Positions 1-13,200 of a stretch of 64,000 nt of DNA are shown here, piece after piece (positions within the stretch are counted from its first letter, which is position 1; each line of letters starts with the position of its first letter). The notes under the pieces were generated by a model that saw nothing but the letters and a program-made list of their open reading frames with translations, was not told where the DNA came from and ran no database searches. Source of the DNA: Cyanophora paradoxa CCMP329 (Eukaryota; Plantae; Glaucophyta); the NCBI GenBank assembly GCA_004431415.1, contig QPMI01000604.1, forward strand, positions 29,286-93,285. Direction: 5' to 3'. A program made the translations under genes and the position numbers.

Positions 1-99
1 CCACCCCAGTAAGCGCCGGAACACCCGGCGAGTGCCCGGCGAGCGAGGCGCGGCAAGCGACGGGCGGGCCTTGTTGTAGATGTCCTTGCAGTAGGCCAT
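1..99 (-). CDS. possible first exon of an unknown gene running off the left edge (MAYCKDIYNK...)
   Basis: ATG at 99 with host-like codons (GCC TAC TGC AAG GAC ATC TAC AAC AAG), followed by a possible AAG|GC donor; divergent from RPS5. Confidence 0.25.
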   Translation of the reverse strand, partial: MAYCKDIYNKARPSLAAPRSPGTRRVFRRLLGW

Positions 100-255
100 C
101 GTGCGGATGGGGTCTCACGCGTGCCCCGGACGCCGCAGCCCGGACGCCAGGCGCAGCCGTGGCGTAGGGGGACCGTCGGGTTCAAACCGGGGACGGGGGG
201 GGAATATCTGGTTGGGGTACAGCGACCTCCGTGTCTGGGAGTAACACCAGCAGCA

Positions 256-1448
256 ATGGGTGAGTGACAGCGCATCGCCGCCGACCGGCCCAGAGCCCCC
301 AGCTAGGCACCGCAGCGCTTGCGGCACGGCTAGAGAGAGCTCTCGCGCTCCTTGCCGGGCAACCCGGGCGCGAGAGGCATAGGATCGCGCTAGGTCGCCT
401 CCCGACTCGCCGCAGCACCAGCTGACGCATCCGCGCTCCTGCGCACTTCTTATGCAGCGGCGGCAACTACGGAGATCAAGCTCTTCAACAAGTGGTGCGT
501 GCTGGCGACCGAACCTCGTCAATCGCGTAGGCGGCTCACTCCGGCGGCCCCCGCCGCGCCTCAGGTCGTTCGACGATGTCGAGATCAACGACATCTCGCT
601 GGAGGTGCGCATATCTGGCGTGGGGCGGGTCGGGCGCGGCAGCGGCGCGGATCAGCAGCATACCGCGGCAGCTCGTTAAGCCGGCGGGGCTTGGGATCGC
701 AGCGATCATAGGCATATGGTCTGGGCAGCTCTGAGCTGAGGTCCCGCCCCGCGCCCGCGCAGGACTACATCGCTGTGAAGCCGAAGTATGCGGTGTACCT
801 GCCCCACACCGCGGGCCGCTTCGCCGCGAAGCGCTTCCGCAAGGCCATGTGCCCGATCGTCGAGCGCGTCGCGAACTCGATGATGATGCACGGCCGCAAC
901 AACGGCAAGAAGCTCATGGCCGTCCGCATCATGAAGCACGCGTTCGAGATCATCCACCTGCTCACGGACCAGAACCCGATCCAAGTGCTCGTTGACGCCA
1001 TCATCAACAGCGGCCCCCGCGAGGACTCCACTCGTATCGGCACTGCTGGTGTCGTCCGCCGCCAGGCCGTCGATGTGTCGCCCCTGCGCCGCGTCAACCA
1101 GGCGATCTGGCTCCTCACCACCGGCGTGCGTCCCGCCCCGCCTCGCCGCCTGCCGCCCGCCCGCCCGCCTGCTCGCTCGCCCGCCCGTCCGGATCCCTCA
1201 CCCCGCCCCGCCCCGCCCCGCCCCGCAGGCCCGCGAGTCGGCGTTCCGCAGCGTGAAGACCATCGCTGAGTGCCTTGCTGATGAGCTCATCAACGCCGCC
1301 AAGGTGCCCCGCGCCGCACCGCGCCGCCCCGCGCCTCCGCAGCCGCTGACGGGCTCGCGCGCGCGCGCGCCTCGCGCAGGGCTCGTCCAACTCCTTCGCC
1401 ATCAAGAAGAAGGACGAGATCGAGCGTGTCGCCAAGGCCAACCGTTAA
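256..1448 (+). CDS. RPS5: 40S ribosomal protein S5 (uS7), 6 exons
   Basis: Exons 256-259, 458-494, 565-604, 763-1125, 1229-1303 and 1380-1448 with GT-AG introns give [33 protein letters not shown]...[16 protein letters not shown]...[10 protein letters not shown]...[17 protein letters not shown]...[35 protein letters not shown]. Confidence 0.98.
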
Positions 1449-2287
1449 TTCGGCACCCGGCCGGGCGCGCGCCCCGCAAGCGCGCGAATGCAGTCGTCCG
1501 TCCGCCACAGACGCTCCATGTGCTGCTTCTGGCCGTCCTTGTACCGCTGCCCAATTTCACAAGCGGCCAGTCCTTTCCACCGCGTCCTCGCACGGCGGCC
1601 GCTCTCCGGGGGGCGGGCGGAGTCTAGGCCGGAGGGGAGGGGGTAAGGGCGGGGCGACCGGGGGCCTCCCGCGGCAGCGCCAGCCTGGTGCGATATCGGG
1701 ACGGCGAGAGCTCTCGCCCCTACCATGAAGCGCTCTCCTCTGGGACTCACAGGGCAGGACGGGCCGGGGCCCCGGGCTAGCTGTGAAGGCCGGATCCGTC
1801 GCTGCGGCGCGCACTCTGCTCGGGAGACCAGATATCTATTCGGAGCTCGAGATCTAGACTTCACGTCGACGTCGACGATGAGAGCTATCATGCATGACCT
1901 GGTCGCCGTTAAATCCCGATTTGCAAGTCGATGCGTGCTAGCTTGGCCTCGTTTGCGATTTCAATATTAATTGCAACCGTGAACTGATTTTCACACTTGT
2001 GCTTCAAAAAAGTGGACCGAATTCGAATTCGAAGAAGAACTTGGCAAGCGTACTAGGCAGAAAATAGTATGCAGCTAAAGGCTATCTACTGTATTACGGT
2101 ATAGTATCTAGTAGTACTGTGTAACGAGTCCAAAACGCTGACTCCGGGTTATAATGCAAGCGGCGCTATACTCTCACATCTAGATCTATGTAAAGCTTTC
2201 TACGAAGCTTTAATCTGCCTGAGCAAAAGCTTGGTGGAACAGTGCGACAGCTGAAAGTCAAGGAGACGGCCCGGCGCCGGCGCGCGC

Positions 2288-3447
2288 CTACAGGGTGGAG
2301 CAGTTGCGCAGAGAGGGCGCGCAGTTGCTCCAGAGGCGCCCCGCGCCGCAGCAGGCAAAGAGGCCCGGGGCCTCCACGTCGCCGGGGACCGGGGGCAGTG
2401 GGGGCACGCCCTTGCCGACCGGGCGCTCCCGGAACGAGAGGAGGTTCGAGAGCCAGCCGTCGCTCTGCTCGCCCCGCACATCCGCGTCGCTCGCGACGGG
2501 CAGGACGGCCTGGCTCCCGAAGCGGGTGTACCCCCCGTCCGCCGCCGAGATGCGGTCCGCGTAGTCGCTGTGGACCCTCGGAGGGGGCGCCGGGGAGACC
2601 GGCGGGGCGGCCGGCATGGGGGCCGCGGCGGGCGCGGGCGCGGCGCCGGCCGCGTTGGCAACGACGAAAGAGGCCCGGACGTTCACTGCGGCTCCCGCCT
2701 TCTTCGCGTTCTCGATCGGGACCTGCCGGGGTCCGAAGCCGTCAGGACGGGCGCGTAGGGTATGCAACTACGGATGCGAAACAGCGTACCCAAAGCTCGG
2801 CGACGTGCGGGGGCTGCAGGAGGCCGGAGATGTCCAGGGCGGCGGTACCCAGGCTCTTCTCGTCGCCCTTGACGGCGTCCTGGACCTGAGACGGGAGCCA
2901 GAGTCAGGGGCGGAGCCCGGATTCGGACGGCGCGGGCGGAGGCTCCATCGAGGGTAGTTGTGGTCACCTGAATCAAAAGTCGGGGCGCGCCTTCCGCCGA
3001 GGGCTCTGTTCCGGGGGGCGAGGTTAGCGCTTGGCGAGCGAGGATTGATCGCGGGCTGCCGCTGACCGGACGCGTATCCGCCCGGCGTCGACACGAACTG
3101 ATTCTTGGCCGTCGCCAGCGGAAGGAACGTCCACGACATCGCTGTTGCGCGCGAGGGGCGCGTGCAGAGTGAGATCGAGCTGCGTACTCGCTTTGAATGC
3201 GGGAGAGTTGCGCGCGCACCCGTCCCGTTCGCGAGGCACGTAACTATGATGCGAGGGTAGTCAGTACCGAGGTTGTGCACCTGCGGCATGCAAAGGTCAG
3301 CTCGGGACTTGGAACTCTCGATCCGAGCCGCTGCCCTAGCCGGAGTCCGCTCCCGGGCTCAGCGCGCGCGCGCGCGCGTTCATCATAGGCGACGCTGCGC
3401 ACCCCGAGGACCTGAACGAGGAGCTTCCCGTGTGCTCCCATTGGCAT
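2288..3447 (-). CDS. C2-domain-like protein with Pro/Ala-rich linker and C-terminal CaaX motif
   Basis: Spliced segments MPMGAHGKLLVQVLG|VHNLGTDYPRIIVTC...|VQDAVKGDEKSLGTAALDISGLLQPPHVAELW|VPIENAKKAGAAVNVRASFV resemble C2 beta-strands; ends ...LRNCSTL*; middle exons uncertain. Confidence 0.55.
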
Positions 3448-4091
3448 GTCTTGAGCGTGAATTGCTGTACGGAACTGCCACGGAGGCGTCAGACTCGGTC
3501 AGAGGTCCGGAGCCGAGGCAACTATTGCAGCGGGGCTTCGATGATAGCTATAGTTGGCGCCAAGGGGGAGGCCCTGAGCTGCTCGGAAACTCGTCGCCGT
3601 ACCTTCACGCGTCGATGCTAGCCGGTGGATGCCGGTCTGCGCTGCCTGCAGCCGCGCTTCGCTTCGCTTGCTTTATGCTGGGGTAGAGGGCGCTTCGTGC
3701 GCAAGTCGCTAGCGCCTCCAGCTCTTGAGCGGTCCGCGAGGTCAGCGCCCAGCGCCGCGGCGCTAGCGCGACCGTCGGACGCTCCGCGGGATCCGAAGAT
3801 TCTTGATATAGCGAAGGGCCCTGGCGCCCCGCTATAGCTAGCGCTCCAGCTGCAGCGCCGGCGCCCCGCCCCGGCAGCCAAGCTACATTGCTACCAAGTT
3901 ATACACCGTGGCACTCAGTGACTGGGCCATGGCCAGCACTGCGGCAAGCGCACGCGCCCGTCTAGATCCCCTGCCCCCAGCCGCACTCGAGATCTCGCCT
4001 AAGCTCTGATCATGATGCAAATTAAAGAGTAAAGATCCATGCCATATCAAAGCCGGACAGAGCCCAAGGGCGCGGCGGGGCCTGTACAGTA

Positions 4092-7000
4092 CTACCTATC
4101 TATGGCGCCGCCCGCGGCCACCCGGCCGCTACATCGCGACCGAGGCGGCGGCCGGCCGATATCGACGCCGGGCTGGGCTCGGCCCAGGCTCAGCAGGGGC
4201 TGTAGTAGCGGCGGGAGGCGAGGCCCGGGACGCAGGGGACGAGCCGCTGGAGCAGGAAGGCGTGGCATCCCCCCGGGCCCTCCGCCCCCTCCTCCTCGTC
4301 CCTCTCCAGGTCCCCCGGGAGCGCCGGGAGCGCCCCCGGTCGCCGCGATGCAACCGCCGAGCTGCCGTGCCTGTTGCCAGAGGTCAGAAGAGGGGGGGAA
4401 GAAGCGGAGTGGGGTACGGCGCACGAGGAGCCGAAGGAGCGGAGGGACCCGGCGACGCAGAGGTACTCGAAGAGGGACCCCTCGCCCTCCCGCGCCGACC
4501 GGTCCTCGTCGCTCTCGTCCTAAAAATAGATCAGGATGTGGAGGGGGGCCAAGAAGGGAGGGGGGTACGCGTGCCTGGAGTGCGTCCGCGGAGTCGGCGA
4601 GGTCGTGGATGCGCTTCATCGCCTTCTTGATGCGGTCCAGCGCGTCGTAGTGGACGTCCGCCGCCTTCTGCGCGCCCCGGTCTGAGCGCTCAGACCATAT
4701 CTGATCTGATCTGATCTGACCGCGAGGGACGTGTGCGCCCGCGCGAGGAAGTTCTTCGCCTCCTCGTAACGGTGCAGCTGCGGGGGTACCGTAAATTTAA
4801 GAAGGGGTATAAGCATCGGCGGCGCGGGCCGCACATGCTCGCAGAGCCTCGCGGCGTGCCACAGGTCGTTGGCGCACTGCACCGACTCCGGGCCCTGCGC
4901 GGCCGCCCGTCGGCGAGGCAGAAGTAGGTAGGGCGAGAGGGGCGAGATAGAAGGGGGGTACCATGACGCGCTCGTGGAGCTCCATCGCCTCGAGGCAGAA
5001 ATCCAGCGCCTCCTTGAACTTGCGCTGTACCCGGGGGCTCAGAGAACGCGGGAAACGGTGGGGGGGGTACACCCGCCTTGGCGGAGAGGACGCGGGAGAT
5101 GTTCTGGAGGTCCCGCGCGACCTCCCGGTGGTCCTTCTGCGATTCGTGCGAACGAAGAAGAAGAAGCGGTCGGAATCCAGTACCCCAGGACCGCAAGGGG
5201 GTACGCACGCTGAGGGCGCGGCGGCGGATGTCGAGGGCGCGCTTGTGGTAGGCGAGGGCGTCGTCGAGGCGGTTGAGGCGGGCGCAGAGGGTCGCCACCT
5301 CCGAGACGTCCCCCGCCACGTCCGGGTGGTCCGGCCCTGAGGGGAGGAGGGAGGCAGACCCGTTCAGAACAGAGGAGGAGGGGGGGGTGGAGGAGGAGGG
5401 GGTAGGGGGCACCGAGCGCGGCCTCGTCGATCTGCAGCGCGCGCTCGTGCTGCTTCAGCGCGTCCCACAGCTGATGGGGGGTACGCGTCAGGACAAGGGG
5501 GGTAGGTAGGAAGGTCAAGGAGGGGGGGGGGGTACGGGGCGGGGCACCTGGCCCTGCTGGGCGTACAGGGATCCGAGGGCGTTGAGCCACGCGGAGAGGG
5601 CCCGGTGGTCCTTCCCCAGCTGCTGCTCCCGCGCCTGCGTCGGATCCGATCAGATCAGATCAGATCAGATCAGATCAGGTCTCTATGAGATCGCAGCAGA
5701 GGAAGGCGCGGGGCGGGCTGCTTGGGGGACGTTCGCCTAGAGCCGGGCCGGGGGGGCACACGCGCCTGGATCGCGTCGTGGTACAGCTTGAGCGCCTGAG
5801 GCAAGGGCGGGTGAGCGCCGGAGGGGCGGGGGCGCATGTGGAAGGGGCGGGCACCTCGTCCTTGTTGGTCTGGGCGCAGAGGGCGGCGAGGGAGCGGTAG
5901 AGGGTGACGACCTCCGTGGAGGCGAGCCCCAGCATGCGCTCGCTCGTGCTGATGGCGTTGCGGAGGGCGGCTCGGGCCTTTGCCGGGTCGTCCAGGGCCT
6001 CGTTGACGTGGGCGAGGCCGGCCGTGCACGCCGCGTAGAGCGAGCTCATGGGCCCCTGCGAGCGCGCCGCGATGCGCTGGGCGCGCTCGAGGAGGGGCAG
6101 GGCCTCGTCGTGGCGGCCGTGGTCGCAGTAGAGGCCCGCGAGGTTGCAGAGAAGGACGGCGAGGTCGGGGGCCTCCTCGCCGGGGGGCGTCCCCGGCAGC
6201 GGCGGGGGCAGGCCCAGCCGCCCGCCCATCGGCGGGGTGGAGGTCAGGTCCGCCGAGGCGCGGCGGCGCCCCGCGCCGTTCGAGCCGTCGCTGGCCCCGC
6301 TGGAGGTGCGGGAGATGATGCCGCCGGCGCCGGCGCCGGCGCCGGCGCCGGCGTCGACCGCGCTGGACGTGCGCGTGGGCGGCGGGGCCGCGGTCCCCGT
6401 CCGCCCGCCGTACACGCCCCTGCCGCCCGCCCGGCGCGCTCAGATCAGATGGGATCGGATCGGATCGGATCAGATCTGATCTGAGCGCCCACCGCTCGTC
6501 GAGAATGCGGATCGCGCGCGTGTAGTACCGCTCGGCGCGCTCCGCCTGGCCCATCGCCTGCTCAGACCCGATCAGATCAGATCAGATCCGATCAGAAAAT
6601 CAGATCAGATCAGATCTGAGCGCGCCTCGTAGAGCCCGGCGAGGTCGTTCAGGGCGGACGCGACGTTCGAGTGGAGGGCGCCGAGGGCGCGCCGGTTGGC
6701 GTGGAGGGCCCGCCGGTACGCCGCCCCTGCCTCCTCGTAGCGGCCCTGGCTGTGGAAGACGTGCCCCAGCCGCGAGAGCAGGGCGGCCACGGGCGGGCTC
6801 TCCGCCCCATGGTCCCGCTCGGCCTCCTCGATGGCCCGCTGGAGGCCCGTCACGAGCCGGTCCGTCTTGTCCTTGCCCGCCGAGCCGGTCCGGGGGCACC
6901 GGTCCAGCTCCGCCACGTTGAGGAGCGGCGCGATGCGCTCCACTGGCGTCGCGGCGAGGCGGCGCGAAGTTAGGGGCCGAGCTCGAGGCGTTGGCGGGAG

Positions 7001-7945
7001 CGCCCGGCGGACCTTTGGAGCGGCGCTCCGGAGTGGCGAGCCAGGGCCCCGGCGTGCTGCGCCCGTCCTCGCATTCGCTGTCGCTCCGCGATTCCTCGTC
7101 CCTGCGTGCCGGAACCGGTTACGGAGGGCGGGCGGGCGGGCGGAGGGGCGGGCGGACCACGGGTTGCTGCTGGGCGCGCGAGCCGGGATGAACTCGCCGA
7201 TGGTTTCGAGGCCGGTGAAGGTAGGCCGCCGCAGTCGCGACGAGCTCTTTCCCGGCGAGACGCGCTCGAAGCTCCCGCTCTGCGGCAGCGGAGACGACAT
7301 GTTGAACGACGAGTTGCGCCGCTGCTGCTCGTTCGCCAGCAGGAGCAGCATGCGCGCCGCGTGCCGCGACTTGTCCGGGTCCTGCATCTGCTCCAGCACC
7401 GCAACGGCGTCCTGCGGGTCTCCAGTCAGCAGCGCCCGCGGGGCGGGGGGCGCTTGGATCCCCGGAGGGCGACGCGGGCGGGCGGGCGGGCCTTGCCGAG
7501 CTCTGCCTTCGCGCGCTCCAGCTCCATGCGCGTCTTCTCGACTTCGCTGAAGCTCAGACTACGCGGCGGCGGTCGCCGCAGGCTCAGCTGGGGCGTGAGC
7601 TGGGGCGAGGGCTGCGGGCCGAGCGGAGTCGTGGCGTGGGCCGCGGGCGTTGCTTGCGCGCTGCTGGGCGCGGAGTCGGCGTTGCTCGGAGCTGCTGGCT
7701 TGACGGAGGGTGTGGCGGGCGTGGCGGGAGCATCATCTCGACGCGGGCTGGGGTTCTTGAACCCACGGAAAATGCCACCCTCCGTTTCGTCCGGCGGCGT
7801 GGCGCGGAGCGATGATCGGTCTGCGGAAGCGGCCGATGGGTTAGATTGGGCCCGGTCGGACGCGTCAACGCCAGCCGGCGTTGGCGTGCGGTCGTGGCGG
7901 GGAACTGGTCTAGCTCGGGTGCGGACCTGTGGACTTGTCGGTCAT
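4092..7945 (-). CDS. kinesin-light-chain/NPHP3-type TPR repeat protein, multi-exon
   Basis: Repeated TPR_12-like units (VAALLSRLGHVFHSQGRYEEAGAAYRRALHANRRALGALHSNVASALNDLAGLY; LAVLLCNLAGLYCDHGRHDEALPLLERA; PDHPDVAGDVSEVATLCARLNRLDDALAYHKRALDIRRRAL); N-terminal low-complexity/coiled-coil region; 3' end approximate. Confidence 0.8.
6441..6618. repeat. (AGATC)n pentanucleotide microsatellites filling two TPR-gene introns (also at ~4698-4718 and ~5645-5677)
   Basis: Directly visible CAGAT/CGGAT tandem runs. Confidence 0.9.
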
Positions 7946-9089
7946 CGTATACTGCTCCAGTCCGATCCGCTGAACGCCGGTCTCGCGGAAACGGCCGCTG
8001 GAGAGGGCAACCGACTTGCGCACGAAGCGTCCTGTACCCCAGCAAAAAACAACGAAGCGAATTCGAATTCGAAGCGCGGCGCCGGCGCCCGGCTGCCGAA
8101 CGTTAATTAAACGCTGCCGGCGCCGAATTCTCGACGCGTTAAGGTGTATATAGACTCACTGGAGAGGAGTTTCCTGGACATCGCCCAGCTAGCGCTGCAG
8201 CTGCCGCATGCGCGCGCGCAGTACTAGTGCACAGCGGCAGCTGCAGCAGGCTGCCAGGCTGCCACCAGCTAGGCTGCAGCCTGGCGGCTCCCTGCGAGCT
8301 CAACGAAGGCGGAATTCGAATCGACTCGACGAGTTCCTCAACCACGCCGCGGCGGCCGCGGCCGCCGACGTCCGACGGTCGGGCGCGTACAGCTGCAGCG
8401 TACGTATACGCGTACGGCGGCGTCCGAGTTGACGTTCGGTGCCGGCCGCGGCCGGCGCCGCCCGCGGGCCGGCGCCGGGGCGCGCGCACGGGCCTCGGGC
8501 ATGCGCAGGGGCCTGCAGCTGGTTCGCCCAATATTGCATATTGAAAGCTCGAGGTGTGCCAATTTGCAAGCTGGCATGCATATATGGGGGGGACATGGCG
8601 TCCGGTGGTAGCCGTGGCCAGTCCACTGGGCCATGGCCGGCGCTCCCCCCCCCCCCCCCCCCCCCCCCCCGCGCGCCAGACCAGGTGGTGGTGGCCAGCC
8701 CCGCGCGCCCATGGCCAGTCCAACACGTGGAAGTTTGGAAGCCCTGGAAGTTTAAAGCACCTCGCGATCGTAGTCCGCGGCTGTACATGTCCGCCGCCCT
8801 CCCTCGCCTCCGCGCCGCCTCTAGGTCTCCCTCCTCGGAGCTCCCTCCCGAGTCCCTGCTCCACTCCCGACTCCCTCCTCACCTCATGCAGTCCGATCAC
8901 CGGATTCCGGATCCTGACTCCTGAGCTCCGGATCCGACAGCCTCCTCAGAGACGATCATCGGATCGCGATCGAGCGCCCGCACGCGTACGGCGGCATGCG
9001 CAGCTCATGATCAGCGGCTCATGATTGATATCAATTGCAAGTACGTTTACTAACAGTCCCAGCTATACACTAGCTATAGCAATCTCGAT

Positions 9090-9583
9090 TAGAGCTGTGC
9101 TCGCTGGGGGGGGCCGGGCCCAGCGGCCGCTGAAGCCCGGCGAGCGGCGCCCGTCGCTGGCCCGTCGCTGAGGTGGGGGTACCGCTAAAACCTGTCGAAA
9201 ACCTGCTGAAAACCAACCGAAAACCTATCTGTTCCGTTTAGTTTATTTCGTACAAGCTTTTAAGATGCGCGCGTACGCAAATGCAGATTTAATGCTTAGT
9301 TCCGCGAGCCATCTGTCAATTTCTGCGAGATAGAGGCCAGCGGCAGGCTGCTTTTGGGCGAAGCGGAGCGCCTGGATGCTCGAAAACAGTCGAAATTTAG
9401 CAAGATTGATCGGCTACGCCGACCTCGTCGACCTTCAGATGAGAAAAAAGCGGGATGGAGCTTTTTTTGGCGCCTGTCAGCCATAAAAAACGCTGAGCGA
9501 GGAGGTGTCGCTGGCGGAAAACGCCAAGCGTAGCGGCCGCTGGAACCTCGCGAGCGAAGCGACCACCAGCGACCACAGCCCTA
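9090..9583. mobile_element. non-autonomous hAT-type DNA transposon (MITE), 494 bp
   Basis: Imperfect TIRs TAGAGCTGTGCTCGCTGG / CCAGCGACCACAGCCCTA, perfect 8-bp TSD ATCTCGAT (9082-9089 and 9584-9591), subterminal CGCTG and AAAACC repeats, no transposase. Confidence 0.85.
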
Positions 9584-10260
9584 ATCTCGATAGGCCTATA
9601 TTGGTATAACTAGCCTAGAAGCGCTAGTTTAGGATACCGCCTGGTTCTAGTCGCCCGCCTGGCGGCCCTGGCCTGCCCAGTACTAGTGCCCGCCTCAGGG
9701 TCGCCTAGGCCGTGCGAGAAGCGGTCAAATTGGGTCAATCCGCCGCCCGCGGCCGGTCATGTTCGCTACACCGTCTTACAGGTCCGGTCGTCAATTCATA
9801 TTCTCGTGAATGGGCAACTCGCCGATTCATGCGAGACCGTCGGACTCGAGCTTTTTTCCCCTTGCGACGTTTCGCGTTCGCGCGTGCGTGGCGCGGGCCG
9901 GGAGTCGACGTCGGCCTGCAGCTGGGACTTCAAGCTTCACTCCATCCCGCCTCAGCAAGAAACAGCGCCGCCTAGGCCTGCGTGCCTCGTCGTCCCTCCT
10001 CGGGCCAGCAGCAGCAGCAGGCGTGTGCCTTCGGCACTTGCTCGCCTTAAAAGCTTCAAGGTTCGCAGGCGCGCGGTCGCCCAGTTTTAATTTTGACCGG
10101 TCGCGCGCGCGCGCCGGCCGCGGGCGGCGCGCGCCGCGGCGCCGGCGACGAGCTGCACGGCCCGCGAAGCCTTAGTCCTGTAGCATTCGGCCGAGGCCCG
10201 CGCGCCGCAGCTCGGCCTGCGCGCGAGGTCTGACCGGTGCCGCGGTGCGCGCGCGCGCAG

Positions 10261-13200
10261 ATGAACATCGCTCCGGCGTCGGAGCTCCAGGCCGCCATCG
10301 ACCAGGCGAAGAAGAAGCTTACGATCGTCTTTGTCGGGTCCGAGTGTGCGCGCCGAGAAGCGCCGCTGCGGCGCCGGCGCCGCTTCGCGGCCGCGCCGCG
10401 CTGACCGGACGGCGGCCCCGGCCCGACTCCGCCGCATGCATATGCGCAGGCACGCCCTGGTCGAAGACGGGTGTTACGGCAGGGGTGATTCCTAGCCAAA
10501 TCCGGCGCCGAGCTAGTGTGAGGTGATCCGGCTACGTAGCCTATTGGATAGGACGCTCGCGTCCAGCGGCCTAGCGGACAGGACGTCGCGTCTGTTGTCT
10601 CCGAGACGGGTCCACTTCCGCCGCTTCGATTCCGGAGAGGCGCGTTTCCACGGCGACCGCCGTCGACCCCCCCCAACATGTCACGAAAGGCGAGCGTCCT
10701 ATCCAATAGGCTACGTAGCCGGATCACCTCACACTAGCTCGGCGCCGGATTTGGCTAGGAATCACCCCTGCCGTAACACGGGTGGCCTTGGAGATGTGTG
10801 CTGCGCCATTCTAGATCTAGAACCCCGGCTTGCGCGCACGCGCGCGCGCGCGGGCGAGGTCCTCAGACGGAGCACGTGCAGGTCGTGCGGGACCTGCCCA
10901 TCAGCCTGGCGAAGCGCGGGCACCGCGTCATGAGCATCCAGCCCCGCTACGACCAGGTGCGACCTCGACATTCCTGGCGCTCGCGCGACGTTTCGGTTCT
11001 CGGCGCGCGCTGACCGCGGCCGCGCGGCCGGCGCGCGCCCGCTCGGATTCGGCGAGCAGTACTTTGACGCCTGGTGCGACCCTGTCAGCGCTGGCCATAT
11101 TCGTGGCACGTGCTCGGTTGACTGAACGGCGAATTCGAACGGGCGCGCGCAGGGACACGTCGGTGCGCGCGAGCGTCGAGATGCAAGTCAGCGCCGCCCG
11201 CAAGACCGAGGAGGTCGGCTTCTTCCACAGGTGCGGCGGGTTAACGTTGCCGGGATCAAATTGGGGCCATCTCGGCTTAGACGAGCGACCGTCGGACATT
11301 CCTTTAATTTCAAGCATCATGATCGTAATCAGTGAATAAAATGTTTCCATAGGTGCAAATTGCAGGGGCCTCCCGGAGTCCTTGATCTAATGGAGGCGTT
11401 AACGTTCCCTTTTTATTTATTGAATTTTAAAATAAGAAGCGCCCCCGCCTGCCCTGTGCACTTTCGATTCACCTGACGAGCGCCGCGGGCGCCCGCAGCG
11501 TCGCGAAGGGCGTCGACCGCGTCTTCGTCGACCACCCCTGGTTCCTCGCCAAAGTCTGGGTGCGCTCCTCCTCCGACAAACTTTATCGTCCTTATCGTCC
11601 TATCGTACCGAGCGCTAGCGTTCTACTGATCTTTCAACACGTTTATTTCCGCGCAGGGGATGACGGGGAACAAGCTGTACGGGACCAAGGCCGGCGTGGA
11701 CTACCCCGACAACGCCCTCCGCTTCGCCCTCCTCTGCCGCGCCGCCCTCGAGGCCCCCCTCCGCGTGCGCCTCGAATTTATGAACATATATCGAACTACA
11801 TTTCGATCCATCTTGATTTCGAACTAGCGAATATCTTGACTTCGATTTATTACCACTTTATACAGCGAATCTAAATATATACCACCTTGACTTTATAGCA
11901 TCATAATATATATTTCGAGCGTCGAATTCGAATTTCACTTGTTCTGCGTCGACGTCAGATTCCGCTGCCGGACCCGTCGGGGGCGCCCTACGGGGAGGAG
12001 GTCCTCTTCGTCTGCAACGACTGGCACGCCGCCCTCCTGCCCCTCTACCTCAAGGTGCCTGGATTTGATTTAACTATAAGAATTTGATTATGTTCATGCT
12101 TTGAATTCGTGGACTCTCTAATGATTTTAATCTGTTCAAACGCCGCCCTCCTGCCCCTCTACCTCAAGGTGTTTATCTCTCTGATGATTTGATTCTTCTT
12201 GAACTCTAGCTGTTCGACAATATTAATATGTATTCAATATGTTCCTCCCCTTCTACCTATAGGCTATTGAATTAAATTACATGCTTTGTATGTGCTTTGT
12301 ATTGGTGGATGCTTTAGTGGCTGTTTAATGATTTGATATCGATCCTGATCGAATTCATGCTTTGAGTATTCGATCTGACCGGTGCCGGCCCCGCAGGCAC
12401 ACTACAAGAGCCGCGGGGTGTACAAGGGCGCGCGGGTCGTCTTCCTCCTCCACAACATCATCTACCAGGCAACCAAACCCAACTGAAACCTGAACCAAAC
12501 ATTTCTACATTAGAAATTGCAAATCGGGCTTTCCGAAACAATGCTCCAAACAAAATTTGTCTACTAGGCTAGCTCTTCGCGATCGTTCGCATGACGAGCC
12601 CCGCGCTCTCGCGATCATCTACATTTACCAGCTAGGCAACCGAGTCTGATAACGAAGCCAACCAAAACCTAAACATTCGTCTAACTCTTCCTTCTTTTAT
12701 ACGACTAACTCTGCGATCCGCGCAGGGGCGCTTCCCCGTGGAGTTCTGGCCGGCGCTGGGCCTCCCCGAGGCGGCCCGCCGGGACCTCGCCTTCTCCTCC
12801 TGCTTCGCCCCCCCGCCCCTCGACGGCGTCTCCGACCAGCGTCCGCCCGTTAACCCTTCGTATACGTTAACGTTAACTAAGCTTTAATTTCGATCGCAGC
12901 GATCATCTCCCTCGAGCCGATGGCCATGCTGAACTACCTCCAGGCGGTGCAATCGTTGATTTAATTTAATCTCTTAATCTTATTTGGTGCCATAAATGCA
13001 ATTATAATTAAATCAAAACTGTCCCTGTGTGAGCTCAATCGATTATCTATAGCTATATAGCTAGATGAGCTCTAGACGATCGCGAGCTTAATTCTCAACG
13101 AGGCGTAGTAAGAAGATACATTGCACGCTCAAGCATTCCTAGACGTTTAATTTTGAGTTTTCAACTTCATCCTCTCACTCGCTTGCCCCCACGCGCGCAT

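Noticed and set aside
8500-8760. Possible small element around a long poly-C run, sharing ACTGGGCCATGGCC with ~3921
   Set aside because: The match is too short and I found no TIR or TSD
9759-10020. Upstream exons as a GBSS transit peptide
   Set aside because: The simplest splicing gives a stop at the junction with 10261; more likely 5' UTR/uORF, consistent with cytosolic starch synthesis
10472-10778. Spliceosomal intron (introner) or miRNA hairpin
   Set aside because: There is no terminal AG for frame-restoring splicing, and the TSD plus TIRs fit a DNA transposon
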